From positions 62,001-126,000 of IMG/VR virus record IMGVR_UViG_3300033997_000136: a stretch of 64,000 nt of DNA, one strand, 5' to 3'. Position numbers and translations under genes: made by a program. The notes under the pieces are model-generated. The model did not search any database. It saw only the letters and a program-made list of their open reading frames with translations, and had not been told where the DNA came from. Of this stretch, positions 28,217 through 37,536 are shown piece after piece. Position 1 is the stretch's first letter. Every line of letters starts with the position of its first letter.

Positions 28217-29155
28217 ATGTCAAACGGAAAAGTCAGCTCGTTACCGTTATTTGTTTTACACACCGCAGTCAGTGCCGCACGTATCGTAGGTGCTCGTCAT
28301 AGTGACACACCACGGTTTCTTACGTTAACACTTCAACCCGATGAACACTCACCAGAAACACTTGAGATTGAAGTGTCTCATGCGTATCTGCGTGAAGTGC
28401 CTGGTGGTCGCGTTCCACATGAAAGTCTGGAACGTTGTTTCACGTACCATGAAACAAAAGCGATTGGTGGGTTTTACGTACTGATGCACCACGGCGTCCA
28501 GCGTCAGGAAATGTGGTGGACTGAAGAGATGGTGAACGACCATCTGAAGAAAATCGGTAGCGTTGAAAAGCTGTCAGTGGCGTACTCGTTGCCACAGTCT
28601 ATTGTGGAGTCATTCGCTAAGTTTTCAGGGTTTGATGCTGTCAAATACATCAACGATTTGGTTGGCAATGAATTAGTTATTGACCCAGTGGGTGCTCATG
28701 CACCTATCGGTTTAGAATATGTATCACCGGATGATCGCCGTCGTTTATTGACACAGCGTGATTTTGTTCTACACGAACTGAATGAATTGACTGAAAACCT
28801 AGAGCTGAACAACACAGCATTATTAGGTGATGATGTTCAGGACCTTCTGTTCACATCTAATGGTGTCGGTTATTTAATCGGTCAGGATTCAGATGCCAAC
28901 AATGTGCATGTGAATTTATCCAACATGACCAAGTTCGACACAACCCGTGAAGACTTGGAAAAGACCATCGTTAAGTATGAAAGCAAAGGTCTGGATATCT
29001 TAGTCGTCCAAAAACAATGTACATTCGGTGATGAAGAGTTCACCTTCTTTATTGTCATCTCTGCAAAAGACCAAGCGGATGACCGGGGTCACCCAGCACC
29101 AAAAGGGAAGTGGTTAAAGTCGCATAAGTTTGTAGAACCGAAGTACGGTATGTAA
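28217..29155 (+). CDS. MazG/PRA-PH-like nucleotide pyrophosphohydrolase with extra N-terminal domain
   Basis: HELNEL...DDVQDLLF..G....VNLSNMTKF and C-terminal GKWLKS..F.EP. Confidence 0.7.
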   Translation: MSNGKVSSLPLFVLHTAVSAARIVGARHSDTPRFLTLTLQPDEHSPETLEIEVSHAYLREVPGGRVPHESLERCFTYHETKAIGGFYVLMHHGVQRQEMWWTEEMVNDHLKKIGSVEKLSVAYSLPQSIVESFAKFSGFDAVKYINDLVGNELVIDPVGAHAPIGLEYVSPDDRRRLLTQRDFVLHELNELTENLELNNTALLGDDVQDLLFTSNGVGYLIGQDSDANNVHVNLSNMTKFDTTREDLEKTIVKYESKGLDILVVQKQCTFGDEEFTFFIVISAKDQADDRGHPAPKGKWLKSHKFVEPKYGM

Positions 29156-29163
29156 GTGTAGTC

Positions 29164-29187
29164 AGGAGTAGGGTATACCCTACTCCT
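29164..29187 (+). terminator. Palindromic hairpin terminator
   Basis: AGGAGTAGGG-TATA-CCCTACTCCT. Confidence 0.75.
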
Positions 29188-29210
29188 CTTTCTATTCACA
29201 AGGAATCATC

Positions 29211-29615
29211 ATGAGATTAAAAGAAATCGACGTTGAAAAATGTCAAGAGATTCGTGACGAAGTAGCTCGCCTTATTGAAATTGTGAAGACGGGTAATTAT
29301 CCAAATGCTAAAGCCACCATTGGACTGCTGTATGTGAAGTATTTGGTAGGAAAAACATTTACTGAAGATTATGTACGTCGTTTAGCGGAAGCGTCATACA
29401 CACCCAACACATGGGAAGCCTACGCTGCTGTACGTCGTTTATTTCAACACAATGGCTTTACAGCGATGTTTCCGCACAACACGCGTCGTTACCCTCACCC
29501 ATTGACACACTTCCCTTGGTCATTGGACTTAGAACTTACCCCTGAGCAGAAAACATACATGGTCGAATGTGCATGGTCTGTCAAAGCGATGCGCGTTAAG
29601 AAAGAAACGGTGTAG
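29211..29615 (+). CDS. Hypothetical protein
   Basis: AAGGA RBS. Confidence 0.7.
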   Translation: MRLKEIDVEKCQEIRDEVARLIEIVKTGNYPNAKATIGLLYVKYLVGKTFTEDYVRRLAEASYTPNTWEAYAAVRRLFQHNGFTAMFPHNTRRYPHPLTHFPWSLDLELTPEQKTYMVECAWSVKAMRVKKETV

Positions 29616-29621
29616 TGTTCT

Positions 29622-30206
29622 ATGTGTCGAGTAAAAACCCCACTTCCTTTACACATTCGTGAAGCACTGTCTGATGAACTTATTTCTATTTTAAATGAAG
29701 ATAGACACTGCATGTCATTTCCTAATCAACATTTGATTCAGGTACGGATGCAATATCAGAAGAAAGTCATCTTCAAAAAATCATACTCGTTAAAATCATT
29801 TGCTTCTATTCAAGAAGCGGTTGAGACGATTATTGTTGAAGTAAAAACTCAACGACAGACGGTACTTACGAACTATGTTCCTATTCACACATCTGCACGA
29901 GGTTTGAATGGATTTAACCAATACACAAAAGTAGACAAACGTCGAAAACAAAACAACGTCTATTATGCGTATTACTTTAACTACAAATGCCCACAAGCAA
30001 ATAAATGGAGACAACGTATCTTCCATCACGGTGCAACACCACCTACACCTGCGCAACATTTACACGTGTTACACACCGTCTTATTCTTAAGACATGAGCT
30101 TCGCCAAAAGAAAGAAGCATTTCGAATGAGTGATTACCCAGAATGGCGTAATTACCGGTATTACAATACACCCCACGAACCAATTGATTATTTAAACCTT
30201 CATTAA
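29622..30206 (+). CDS. Possible AP2-like DNA-binding protein
   Basis: QVRMQYQKKVIFKKSYSLKSF.S..EA resembles AP2 beta-sheet/helix; basic. Confidence 0.4.
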   Translation: MCRVKTPLPLHIREALSDELISILNEDRHCMSFPNQHLIQVRMQYQKKVIFKKSYSLKSFASIQEAVETIIVEVKTQRQTVLTNYVPIHTSARGLNGFNQYTKVDKRRKQNNVYYAYYFNYKCPQANKWRQRIFHHGATPPTPAQHLHVLHTVLFLRHELRQKKEAFRMSDYPEWRNYRYYNTPHEPIDYLNLH

Positions 30207-30221
30207 AAAGAGAGAATCCCC

Positions 30222-30653
30222 ATGCAAATGCCAAATGTAAAAGATATGTTAACTCCACAACAAAACCTGTTCAATGAAACAGTAGTGACTATTTATCAGC
30301 GCACATCAGAACGGTTAAATAAAAAAGGAACTGAACATCGTCAGGTCTTAGATAGTGCTATTGTGCGCATTTTTGCTGCGTATGTGGAAGGTGTACAAGA
30401 TGGTAGTGATTTACCAACGTACAATCGAACAGAACGGATTGCTGATTTATATCCCTCATTTCGCTTAGCGATGTCACGTTTATTAAACGCGTATGGAAAC
30501 AAACCATTGACGTTTGGACGAGACACTAAGACACCCGATATTAGTGCATCTATCAAACGTAGTCTTTTGGTATTTCGTGAACATCAAAGCGCACTGTTTC
30601 CAAATCAGAATGAACTTCCGTATGTTCAGATTCTTTTAGATAGACTGTTATAA
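30222..30653 (+). CDS. Hypothetical protein
   Basis: ORF; leader shared with 18758. Confidence 0.7.
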   Translation: MQMPNVKDMLTPQQNLFNETVVTIYQRTSERLNKKGTEHRQVLDSAIVRIFAAYVEGVQDGSDLPTYNRTERIADLYPSFRLAMSRLLNAYGNKPLTFGRDTKTPDISASIKRSLLVFREHQSALFPNQNELPYVQILLDRLL

Positions 30654-30663
30654 GGAGAGTAGT

Positions 30664-31200
30664 ATGTCTACCGTTACCGCAATTGAATTATTTTTAGAAC
30701 AACCCCGGTCGTTAAAGATTCGTGGTGTGACGTATGAACTCATTCGCGATTTTAGCCAACAGGAGCTTCTACAGAACACGTGCTTATTAATCCTTACTGA
30801 GTTAGGGATGGCAATGTTTGTAGCGACTACGCCTCAGGTGCTTACGTTTGATGACATTCAAGAAGCCAATGCTCAAGCATTTCCAATGATGGTTGATGAT
30901 TGGTATGCATATCACATTGTGTGTGCTGAAAAATCACTTCGTGTCATGACGACTGAAAACGCATCCTGGTACGTTGTTGAAACCGTTCACGGAAAACGCC
31001 CTTTTGGAACAACGTTCTTAGGTGTGTCTACTTCTAAAGAAGAAGGAACGGCAGCGATTGCTATCTCACCATCAGTTGTAGAACGTGCTAAAGCACATGC
31101 TCGTTTAGTAACAGGCGTTACTGAACACTTAGAGTCCATGACTGGGTTAGCACTTCTTCATCGACAATGGGTTCGTTTCATTGAGACTATGAGCGCGTAA
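30664..31200 (+). CDS. Hypothetical protein
   Basis: AAGGAG RBS. Confidence 0.75.
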   Translation: MSTVTAIELFLEQPRSLKIRGVTYELIRDFSQQELLQNTCLLILTELGMAMFVATTPQVLTFDDIQEANAQAFPMMVDDWYAYHIVCAEKSLRVMTTENASWYVVETVHGKRPFGTTFLGVSTSKEEGTAAIAISPSVVERAKAHARLVTGVTEHLESMTGLALLHRQWVRFIETMSA

Positions 31201-31222
31201 GCGCTCTTCTTAGGAAAAAGTC

Positions 31223-31735
31223 ATGTACAAAATATCAAGTAAAGTAAAATGGATAGCAACGTGTATTCATGCGTTATTTATCTTTGGTGTTATTTGTGCT
31301 AACGAACTATTTATCGCACCTAAAGTTATCGCACACGATGCTCGTATTGTTCAGGAGTTTGTAAGTCTTAATAAACCAGTGATTACTGTAGAAACAAAAC
31401 TTGTTGAATACGATAGACATGGGACAGATTACTTTGTTTTGGATAAAGAAGGTAACAGTGTGTCTGTCACTCGTGGAACCTATGCGACGTCTAAGAAAGG
31501 TGATGTGCTCACATTCATGTGTGACCAAGGTCCATTTTTAGTGACGTGTATAAAAATTGAAGGTGGTTTTGATGGAACCCCCTTAATCACGGGTTGGTTG
31601 TATTCTTTGTTGATTGCTGGTGTGATTGTTCTACTGTGCTTTTGGTCAACTACAGTACGAGCAGTCTGGTGGATTCGTACTAAGTTTTACGCATGGCGTG
31701 AGGCTAGAAAATTTATTGGGGATATGGACGTATGA
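31223..31735 (+). CDS. Two-TM membrane protein (paralogue of 20077)
   Basis: Same architecture and cysteine pair. Confidence 0.7.
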   Translation: MYKISSKVKWIATCIHALFIFGVICANELFIAPKVIAHDARIVQEFVSLNKPVITVETKLVEYDRHGTDYFVLDKEGNSVSVTRGTYATSKKGDVLTFMCDQGPFLVTCIKIEGGFDGTPLITGWLYSLLIAGVIVLLCFWSTTVRAVWWIRTKFYAWREARKFIGDMDV

Positions 31736-32406
31736 AAACAAAGCTGTTTGCGTTTATGGGAAGACTGGGTGAAATTGAAACAGGGTATTTGTACACTGCA
31801 TTAACGCCACAAACGTTGTTATTAATCCAACGCGACGTAGCTGTCATTGTAGTCACTAACTTACCCATCCGTACACTGGACTACATTGATTTTGAAAAGA
31901 CGTCGTTTGAAGAGGTATCTCGTTTTCCAACAAACAACTTCTTTGCACAGTACCCAGTATTGTTGCGGCGCACTGTCTTTGATAAAAGCTTTTATCAGTC
32001 ACTGGATGATGACAGACATCGTGTTATGAATTGGCAACCTAGTGAGATATCTACATTGGGTCAATTGTCTCATCCATCGACTGTTTTATTAAACCCACAG
32101 TTTACGAAAGATGACGAACGTAGTCCTAACTTTCATCAGACTAAACTGGAAGTACAGTGTAAACATTTAAGTAAAGTAAATGCTTCACTGTCTATGGCTC
32201 GGTTAATGGTAGCTGAAGCTACCACGTTGTCAGACATCATTACTAAAAATGATTTTGACCTACTGTGTACTAAGTACAAGCCTCTCTCAACTAAACCTGT
32301 ACAGGGTGCTGACCGGTTTGTTACACAGTTACCAGACAACTCAGAAGTTGTTTCTGTTCGTGAAGAAGGTGAAACATTTAGACTATTTGTTTCAGAAAAA
32401 TTTTAA
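31732..32406 (+). CDS. Hypothetical protein
   Basis: Coupled ORF. Confidence 0.7.
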   Translation: MKTKLFAFMGRLGEIETGYLYTALTPQTLLLIQRDVAVIVVTNLPIRTLDYIDFEKTSFEEVSRFPTNNFFAQYPVLLRRTVFDKSFYQSLDDDRHRVMNWQPSEISTLGQLSHPSTVLLNPQFTKDDERSPNFHQTKLEVQCKHLSKVNASLSMARLMVAEATTLSDIITKNDFDLLCTKYKPLSTKPVQGADRFVTQLPDNSEVVSVREEGETFRLFVSEKF

Positions 32407-32429
32407 ACTATTCAAAGAAGGAAATTAAG

Positions 32430-33110
32430 ATGAACGCAGTTACTACAGAAATCGTTACTAATGATAAACAGCAAAAAGTTGCGATTGCTAGAATTGGTAA
32501 TCAACAACACACATTAATTCTGGACAACCACGAAGAACATCTCGCCGGGATGATGAAGTTGTTATTTCATCGCACTGATTACCACAAAGGGATGTGTATT
32601 CGCGTACACGATGAAGCAGTTGAAGTGAACATCATTAACTTCCAACCAGGTGAATGGATAGATGAGTCTATCGACTCGATATTGTTGGCGTTAATTTCAA
32701 CAGTTGAGCACTGGATGCCGTTTAAAGATGTATTCATTGACCGCGACTTTAAAGGTGGCGTTGTAAGCCTTGTTTTCAAACACAGCGGTTATGTCACTAC
32801 AGTGAATACAATTGTTTCGTATATCCAGACGTTAACGGGTTGCCGTCTGAATTTACCGCCAGTGTTTATTGCAGCACAAGCTCAACAAGGGTCTATTGAA
32901 TTGCCAACGCAATGTATCGGTTACGTTGACCATGTGGATTTAACTGACATCAGCAGTTCGTTTATTGCAAACTTTAACTACGGTGAATTTACACATCATG
33001 TTGGTTTGGCATCTCGCGACTACGGTAGTGTCAACGTTGAACGTATCCCCAATACATCGTTGTGGATGGTTATCGAATCGTTAATCAAGAAAGTGGGCGT
33101 ACTTAAATAA
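32430..33110 (+). CDS. Hypothetical protein
   Basis: AAGGA RBS. Confidence 0.75.
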   Translation: MNAVTTEIVTNDKQQKVAIARIGNQQHTLILDNHEEHLAGMMKLLFHRTDYHKGMCIRVHDEAVEVNIINFQPGEWIDESIDSILLALISTVEHWMPFKDVFIDRDFKGGVVSLVFKHSGYVTTVNTIVSYIQTLTGCRLNLPPVFIAAQAQQGSIELPTQCIGYVDHVDLTDISSSFIANFNYGEFTHHVGLASRDYGSVNVERIPNTSLWMVIESLIKKVGVLK

Positions 33111-33122
33111 CGGAGTAGGTAC

Positions 33123-33719
33123 ATGTTCACATTATCGTTGGAAACTATGTTGTCTACGATGGTTGCTGGGAATGGTTTCTTGTTTATTTCACTAAGGAAT
33201 AAACAGATATCCCATCCACCAGAGATTCATTCAGACCATATCCCACAAGCGTATGTTCCTAGTGTTCAGAAATGGTTAGCTGCTTTAACTGAAGTTAGTG
33301 TAACCAAATGGATAGAAGTAGCTATCTATCCAAAAATCTCTGAACAGGATAAAAAGGATATCGATTCGATTTTAAAAGAGTCGGAATATTGTCACGTGAT
33401 TGCGACTATCGATGGGTATCTTTTTATTTGTGACCGGGATAAGAAACATGTGTGTATTGACTTGTTGACTGTAAATTGCGGTTTACATCCTGTCTTTGAT
33501 ACGTTTCGCTTTAACCGTGTGTACAAAGGTCCTTCACAGACTGCATACTTAATGGTGTGCGTAGGTCCTGATGGGAACTGTGTTTTAAAACCACAGACTG
33601 AAGAGTTGAGTCTTGCGTCATTAAAAGACTTACCTGTACTTCGGTTTCATCCATACAGTAGTCAACAACGATTTATGCGACAGTATGTATCTGCTGATGT
33701 GTGGTCAAGACTACCTTAA
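33123..33719 (+). CDS. Hypothetical protein
   Basis: ORF with RBS. Confidence 0.7.
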   Translation: MFTLSLETMLSTMVAGNGFLFISLRNKQISHPPEIHSDHIPQAYVPSVQKWLAALTEVSVTKWIEVAIYPKISEQDKKDIDSILKESEYCHVIATIDGYLFICDRDKKHVCIDLLTVNCGLHPVFDTFRFNRVYKGPSQTAYLMVCVGPDGNCVLKPQTEELSLASLKDLPVLRFHPYSSQQRFMRQYVSADVWSRLP

Positions 33720-33731
33720 ACCCATAGACAC

Positions 33732-33763
33732 ATAAGAGAAGGAGCAACTGCTCCTTCTCTTAT
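33732..33763 (+). terminator. GC-apex hairpin terminator
   Basis: ATAAGAGAAGGAGCA-AC-TGCTCCTTCTCTTAT plus T-run. Confidence 0.85.
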
Positions 33764-33785
33764 TTTTTCAAGGAAATAAACAAGT

Positions 33786-34805
33786 ATGAAAAAGCAAACT
33801 TCTATGTCTACTTTTAGTGAAAATGAACTGATGATGGCGTTTATTCTTATACGGTTTGGTCTTAGCCACAAACTTCCCTATGTCCAGTACATGGATGAAA
33901 ATGGCGTTACGAACACTAGTCTCTTTACCGACCTTACTGGTGCTTATAGTGCATTATCCTTTATTGAATTTGTAACGTGGGCCAATGGAATCTCATTATC
34001 AATTGATAATGAAGAACGTCGCTCTTTTATATCTACTGTTAATGAACTCATTCCTGCTGAGAAAGAGTTTTACAAAGAATTACCTGAAGACAAATGGGAT
34101 GATACATACTTAGTTGATGAATCTACCCAGGTACAGATAGCAAATATTTTATCACCACATTTCTACTCATTAGTTCATCCTGCAATGTCGTTGTTAGAAA
34201 AACAAATGATGCGCACATTAGCCATGCACCAACAGATTGATATGATTTTGTTTTTAGACCCAGTGCGTGAGTTACGCTCTTACGGAACGATTCATGAACA
34301 TGATGAATACATTGATATCATGGCAACACCGATGTACTGGCGTAATGCCAGTGACCGCGCTGTTGCGCACATGATGGCATACAACGTCATGGTGCATCCT
34401 CTGTTAACTAACGTAGGGTATTTTATCGATGATTCCCGATTAAAAGATATTGAATTATATCGACCAATCGCATTACCGCACCAACACCAACAACGATATG
34501 ATGATCGTAGAGTTAATGATACGTTTATTGTGGGGATACTTACGGATTATGAACCTACCACGCCGTATTGTGATGTTGTTCTTTATTGTTACACATCCAA
34601 AGGGTTCTGGTTTGTAGATTACGATAGTCGTCTGTTAGTTAAAGTTAACCCCGGTGAACTGCAGGAAAGTTCACTTAACTTAACAAAGTCTGTTTTAGGT
34701 GAACGCACAATGGCTGTAGATGCGATTCTATCAGAGAAAAGTTCTACAGGTGATGGCTTGGTTGATGTGTTAAACGACATAAATCAAACGTTACGTAAAT
34801 CATAA
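33786..34805 (+). CDS. Hypothetical protein
   Basis: 339-aa ORF. Confidence 0.8.
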   Translation: MKKQTSMSTFSENELMMAFILIRFGLSHKLPYVQYMDENGVTNTSLFTDLTGAYSALSFIEFVTWANGISLSIDNEERRSFISTVNELIPAEKEFYKELPEDKWDDTYLVDESTQVQIANILSPHFYSLVHPAMSLLEKQMMRTLAMHQQIDMILFLDPVRELRSYGTIHEHDEYIDIMATPMYWRNASDRAVAHMMAYNVMVHPLLTNVGYFIDDSRLKDIELYRPIALPHQHQQRYDDRRVNDTFIVGILTDYEPTTPYCDVVLYCYTSKGFWFVDYDSRLLVKVNPGELQESSLNLTKSVLGERTMAVDAILSEKSSTGDGLVDVLNDINQTLRKS

Positions 34806-34824
34806 ACAATAGACGAGGTGGTAC

Positions 34825-35154
34825 ATGTCTACCGTAAGTCCAGCAGGAAGTATTGTTACGCTAGGTTGCAAATACTATCACGAATATGACCTGATAGTCA
34901 AATGCTTAAAAGAAATCGACATCGTTATTGAAGTCCAAAAGGTTAGGACCACATTAGGTGTTTTAGATGAACCGATTGACGATTACCTTCCTCAAGTTAT
35001 AGTGGAGTTACAACGCAGTGGTTTAATTGAACTTGTGCGGCCTGTTCACCACATACATTGGGATATTGGTTCGTCAGATATCAACTTGTTATTTAAAGAG
35101 GCTCCGTTTTTCTACGATGAAGTAGTAGAATTGTTAGAAAAAGAACCCACTTAA
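34825..35154 (+). CDS. Hypothetical protein
   Basis: GAGGT RBS. Confidence 0.7.
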   Translation: MSTVSPAGSIVTLGCKYYHEYDLIVKCLKEIDIVIEVQKVRTTLGVLDEPIDDYLPQVIVELQRSGLIELVRPVHHIHWDIGSSDINLLFKEAPFFYDEVVELLEKEPT

Positions 35155-35164
35155 AGATATATAG

Positions 35165-35192
35165 AAGAGAAGAGGCACATGCCTCTTCTCTT
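35165..35192 (+). terminator. GC-apex hairpin terminator
   Basis: AAGAGAAGAGGCA-CA-TGCCTCTTCTCTT plus T-run. Confidence 0.85.
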
Positions 35193-35219
35193 TATTTTTT
35201 GTCGATTTAACTAGATTTC

Positions 35220-35239
35220 AAACCTATATCAATACGGTG
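35220..35239 (+). promoter_or_regulatory. Early promoter motif
   Basis: AAACC-TATATCAA-TACGG-TG. Confidence 0.65.
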
Positions 35240-35296
35240 ACATAGTGCAATGAATAACAGCGCACTACTTAACTTCACTTAAAAGGATATACAATC

Positions 35297-35554
35297 ATGA
35301 AATTAACAAAAAGAGAAATCTTAGAAAACGCTCCTATTTACTTAAACGAAGTAAATGGTTGGTTAGACCGTTCATTATCACCAAGTAACGAAGACTGGAC
35401 TATTGGTCACTTCGTTGTGTTCATCAAAGCGTATCGTTTTAATGCTGACAATCACAAGTCACGTTACTACGTTCGTTTAATCAAAGCATTAATCACTCGT
35501 TTCCCTAGCTGGAAGAAAGTGATTGAGAATGCTAAAGCGTACATGCAAGCGTAA
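35297..35554 (+). CDS. Hypothetical early protein
   Basis: AAGGA RBS, first gene after the promoter. Confidence 0.75.
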   Translation: MKLTKREILENAPIYLNEVNGWLDRSLSPSNEDWTIGHFVVFIKAYRFNADNHKSRYYVRLIKALITRFPSWKKVIENAKAYMQA

Positions 35555-35603
35555 GAGGGTGGTTATGAAAACACCCTCTGTCTTTTCATAACCATCTTTT
35601 ATT

Positions 35604-35653
35604 AGTAGTTACATCAAAGAGTTTTATCAAAGACTCTTCTATTGTAATTATTT
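35604..35653 (+). promoter_or_regulatory. Structured RNA element, copy A
   Basis: AGTAGTTACATCAAAGAG-[hairpin]-CTCTTCTATTGTAATTATTT; homologous to 37449-37497. Confidence 0.6.
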
Positions 35654-35685
35654 CAATTACAGTTAACCAACAAAAGGAAAGTCCC

Positions 35686-36201
35686 ATGATAACTTTAAAC
35701 GTATTAACAAAAGAACAACAACAAACTATTTTCAACTCAACTGTCCGTACATTCAAACGCGTTGTTGAATGCATACGCGCAGTAAACGTTGAGGAAGCGG
35801 TTGAAACACATCGTGTTGAGTTTACCACATATCGCACCACTATCGATACCATCATTAACAAAAACGTAACTGCGTTGGTTGAGGTGAGTATAATTGGCAT
35901 GATTGCTACATTGTACACTATCCCATTGGTGTATCCAACAAAACCAACACTTGCAGCAGACGTTGGTTTCATTCAGATGAAGTCTTATCTGAGAGAACGT
36001 ATCACAGATATTCGTCTGATTGAACAAACTGAACAAGAATTGATGTTCTTTGGTAAATCACAATTCATGTTCAGCGACTTGAACACACACCAGTTAGAAG
36101 AAGCACAAGCGCTTATGGACGATTATGCTCCGTATGTACTTGCGATGTTTGAAAACATTGAAGCAGCACCTGGTTTACTTCAGTTAACTGTGGAGGTATA
36201 A
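35686..36201 (+). CDS. Hypothetical protein
   Basis: AAGGA RBS. Confidence 0.75.
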   Translation: MITLNVLTKEQQQTIFNSTVRTFKRVVECIRAVNVEEAVETHRVEFTTYRTTIDTIINKNVTALVEVSIIGMIATLYTIPLVYPTKPTLAADVGFIQMKSYLRERITDIRLIEQTEQELMFFGKSQFMFSDLNTHQLEEAQALMDDYAPYVLAMFENIEAAPGLLQLTVEV

Positions 36202-36205
36202 GCTA

Positions 36206-36583
36206 ATGGTAACGCAAGGTAATTTCGATAAGACTATCGTAAAAGGTCAAAAGGTTGTCGTTCGGTTAGACGATAACAAAACCATTGTATTGGTTGGTAC
36301 TGTGTTTCGCAACACAGGTAAAGCACTGTATGTTACACATGCGGATGGTTTGTGTATCTGTTTTCCATCGCAGTATCCAAACCATGTTCAGTCAACTATC
36401 TTCATGACTGCTAAATTTGCAGCGAAACATTTAAAGAATATATCTTTAGATGAATTAACTGCGTTTGTAGCAGCACATCCATCCACAGTTATGGCGTCTG
36501 ATTTTAAAACAGACATAGACGCAGCAGAATATGCTGAAGTGGTCGCATTAGAGGGTCAGTACAATGACATTACATCTATCTGA
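36206..36583 (+). CDS. Hypothetical protein
   Basis: GGAGG RBS. Confidence 0.75.
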   Translation: MVTQGNFDKTIVKGQKVVVRLDDNKTIVLVGTVFRNTGKALYVTHADGLCICFPSQYPNHVQSTIFMTAKFAAKHLKNISLDELTAFVAAHPSTVMASDFKTDIDAAEYAEVVALEGQYNDITSI

Positions 36584-36974
36584 GTTAGAACTGCAACTGT
36601 TGTTAAAACGTGACAGTGGTGATTTAGACATCTATGGGTTTATTAAAAAATGCATAGAAGAGGATTGCGTGGTTGTACTCAGAGCTGCGTCAATACCTAA
36701 TTGGTTTGGAAATGATGAACCGATATCGCTAGTTAGCTTATCTAGCTACAGTACGTTGTTATCAGGTCCTGAAGAATCAACCACAGCAGTCATTACACAG
36801 GACGACAACATTCTGTGGTTTATTTTAAATTTGTGTCACACCATCACGATTGGTCCTGAGAAATACAGTGACTGTACGTATGTGGTAAGTGGTGTGGATG
36901 CGAATATCAGTTTACTGATAAAGCGTACAACTGCACGATTATTGGCTGACCACCGGGTTGAAGGAGTAGATTAA
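36564..36974 (+). CDS. Hypothetical protein
   Basis: GAGG RBS. Confidence 0.7.
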   Translation: MTLHLSELELQLLLKRDSGDLDIYGFIKKCIEEDCVVVLRAASIPNWFGNDEPISLVSLSSYSTLLSGPEESTTAVITQDDNILWFILNLCHTITIGPEKYSDCTYVVSGVDANISLLIKRTTARLLADHRVEGVD

Positions 36975-37450
36975 TGTACTGGAGTCCAGAAGACACTAAA
37001 CGGATTGCTATCACGCAACTTCAACGAAAGTCTATTTTAGCGCCATTTGTAGTAAATACAACTGTTCCTGAATTAGATGTAAGTGAGTTTAATAATCGTA
37101 AACTCAATTGTTTGCTTGTTTACTGGACAACCATATCGGAAACGTACCCGATAACATCGTATCCTCAATTGGATGCGTTGATGAATCAAGTAGACAAAAC
37201 AACATCAGAGTTTCCGACTACTGTAGTGATAGACACGCGTCCAGGTAAAGGGGAGACTGAATCACAATCACGTGATAAGTATCTTCGCCAACGACGAGAC
37301 AAAGAACAACATCTTGCGTGTATTGAAGCTGGAAAGTTATTGGTGGAGTTATTTAATGATCCTGATGAAAACAAGAGGATAATTCAGTTTATGAAATCTA
37401 TTGTTTCTATAAGCACCCGAAGTAAACAAACAGTTGTACCGTCTAAATAG
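36974..37450 (+). CDS. Hypothetical protein
   Basis: AAGGAG RBS, TAATG coupling. Confidence 0.75.
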   Translation: MYWSPEDTKRIAITQLQRKSILAPFVVNTTVPELDVSEFNNRKLNCLLVYWTTISETYPITSYPQLDALMNQVDKTTSEFPTTVVIDTRPGKGETESQSRDKYLRQRRDKEQHLACIEAGKLLVELFNDPDENKRIIQFMKSIVSISTRSKQTVVPSK

Positions 37451-37497
37451 TAATTACATCGAAGAGATTCTGTGAGTCTCTTCTATTGTACTTATTT
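37449..37497 (+). promoter_or_regulatory. Structured RNA element, copy B
   Basis: AGTAATTACATCGAAGAG-[hairpin]-CTCTTCTATTGTACTTATTT. Confidence 0.6.
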
Positions 37498-37536
37498 ACA
37501 CTTCCGTAAAAAGTCAACTTGATAAAGGAAATCACT

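Noticed and set aside
35552-35605. Pseudoknot-stimulated stop read-through of 35297
   Set aside because: Read-through would add only about 17 codons before TAG, and there is no spacer between the stop and the structure.
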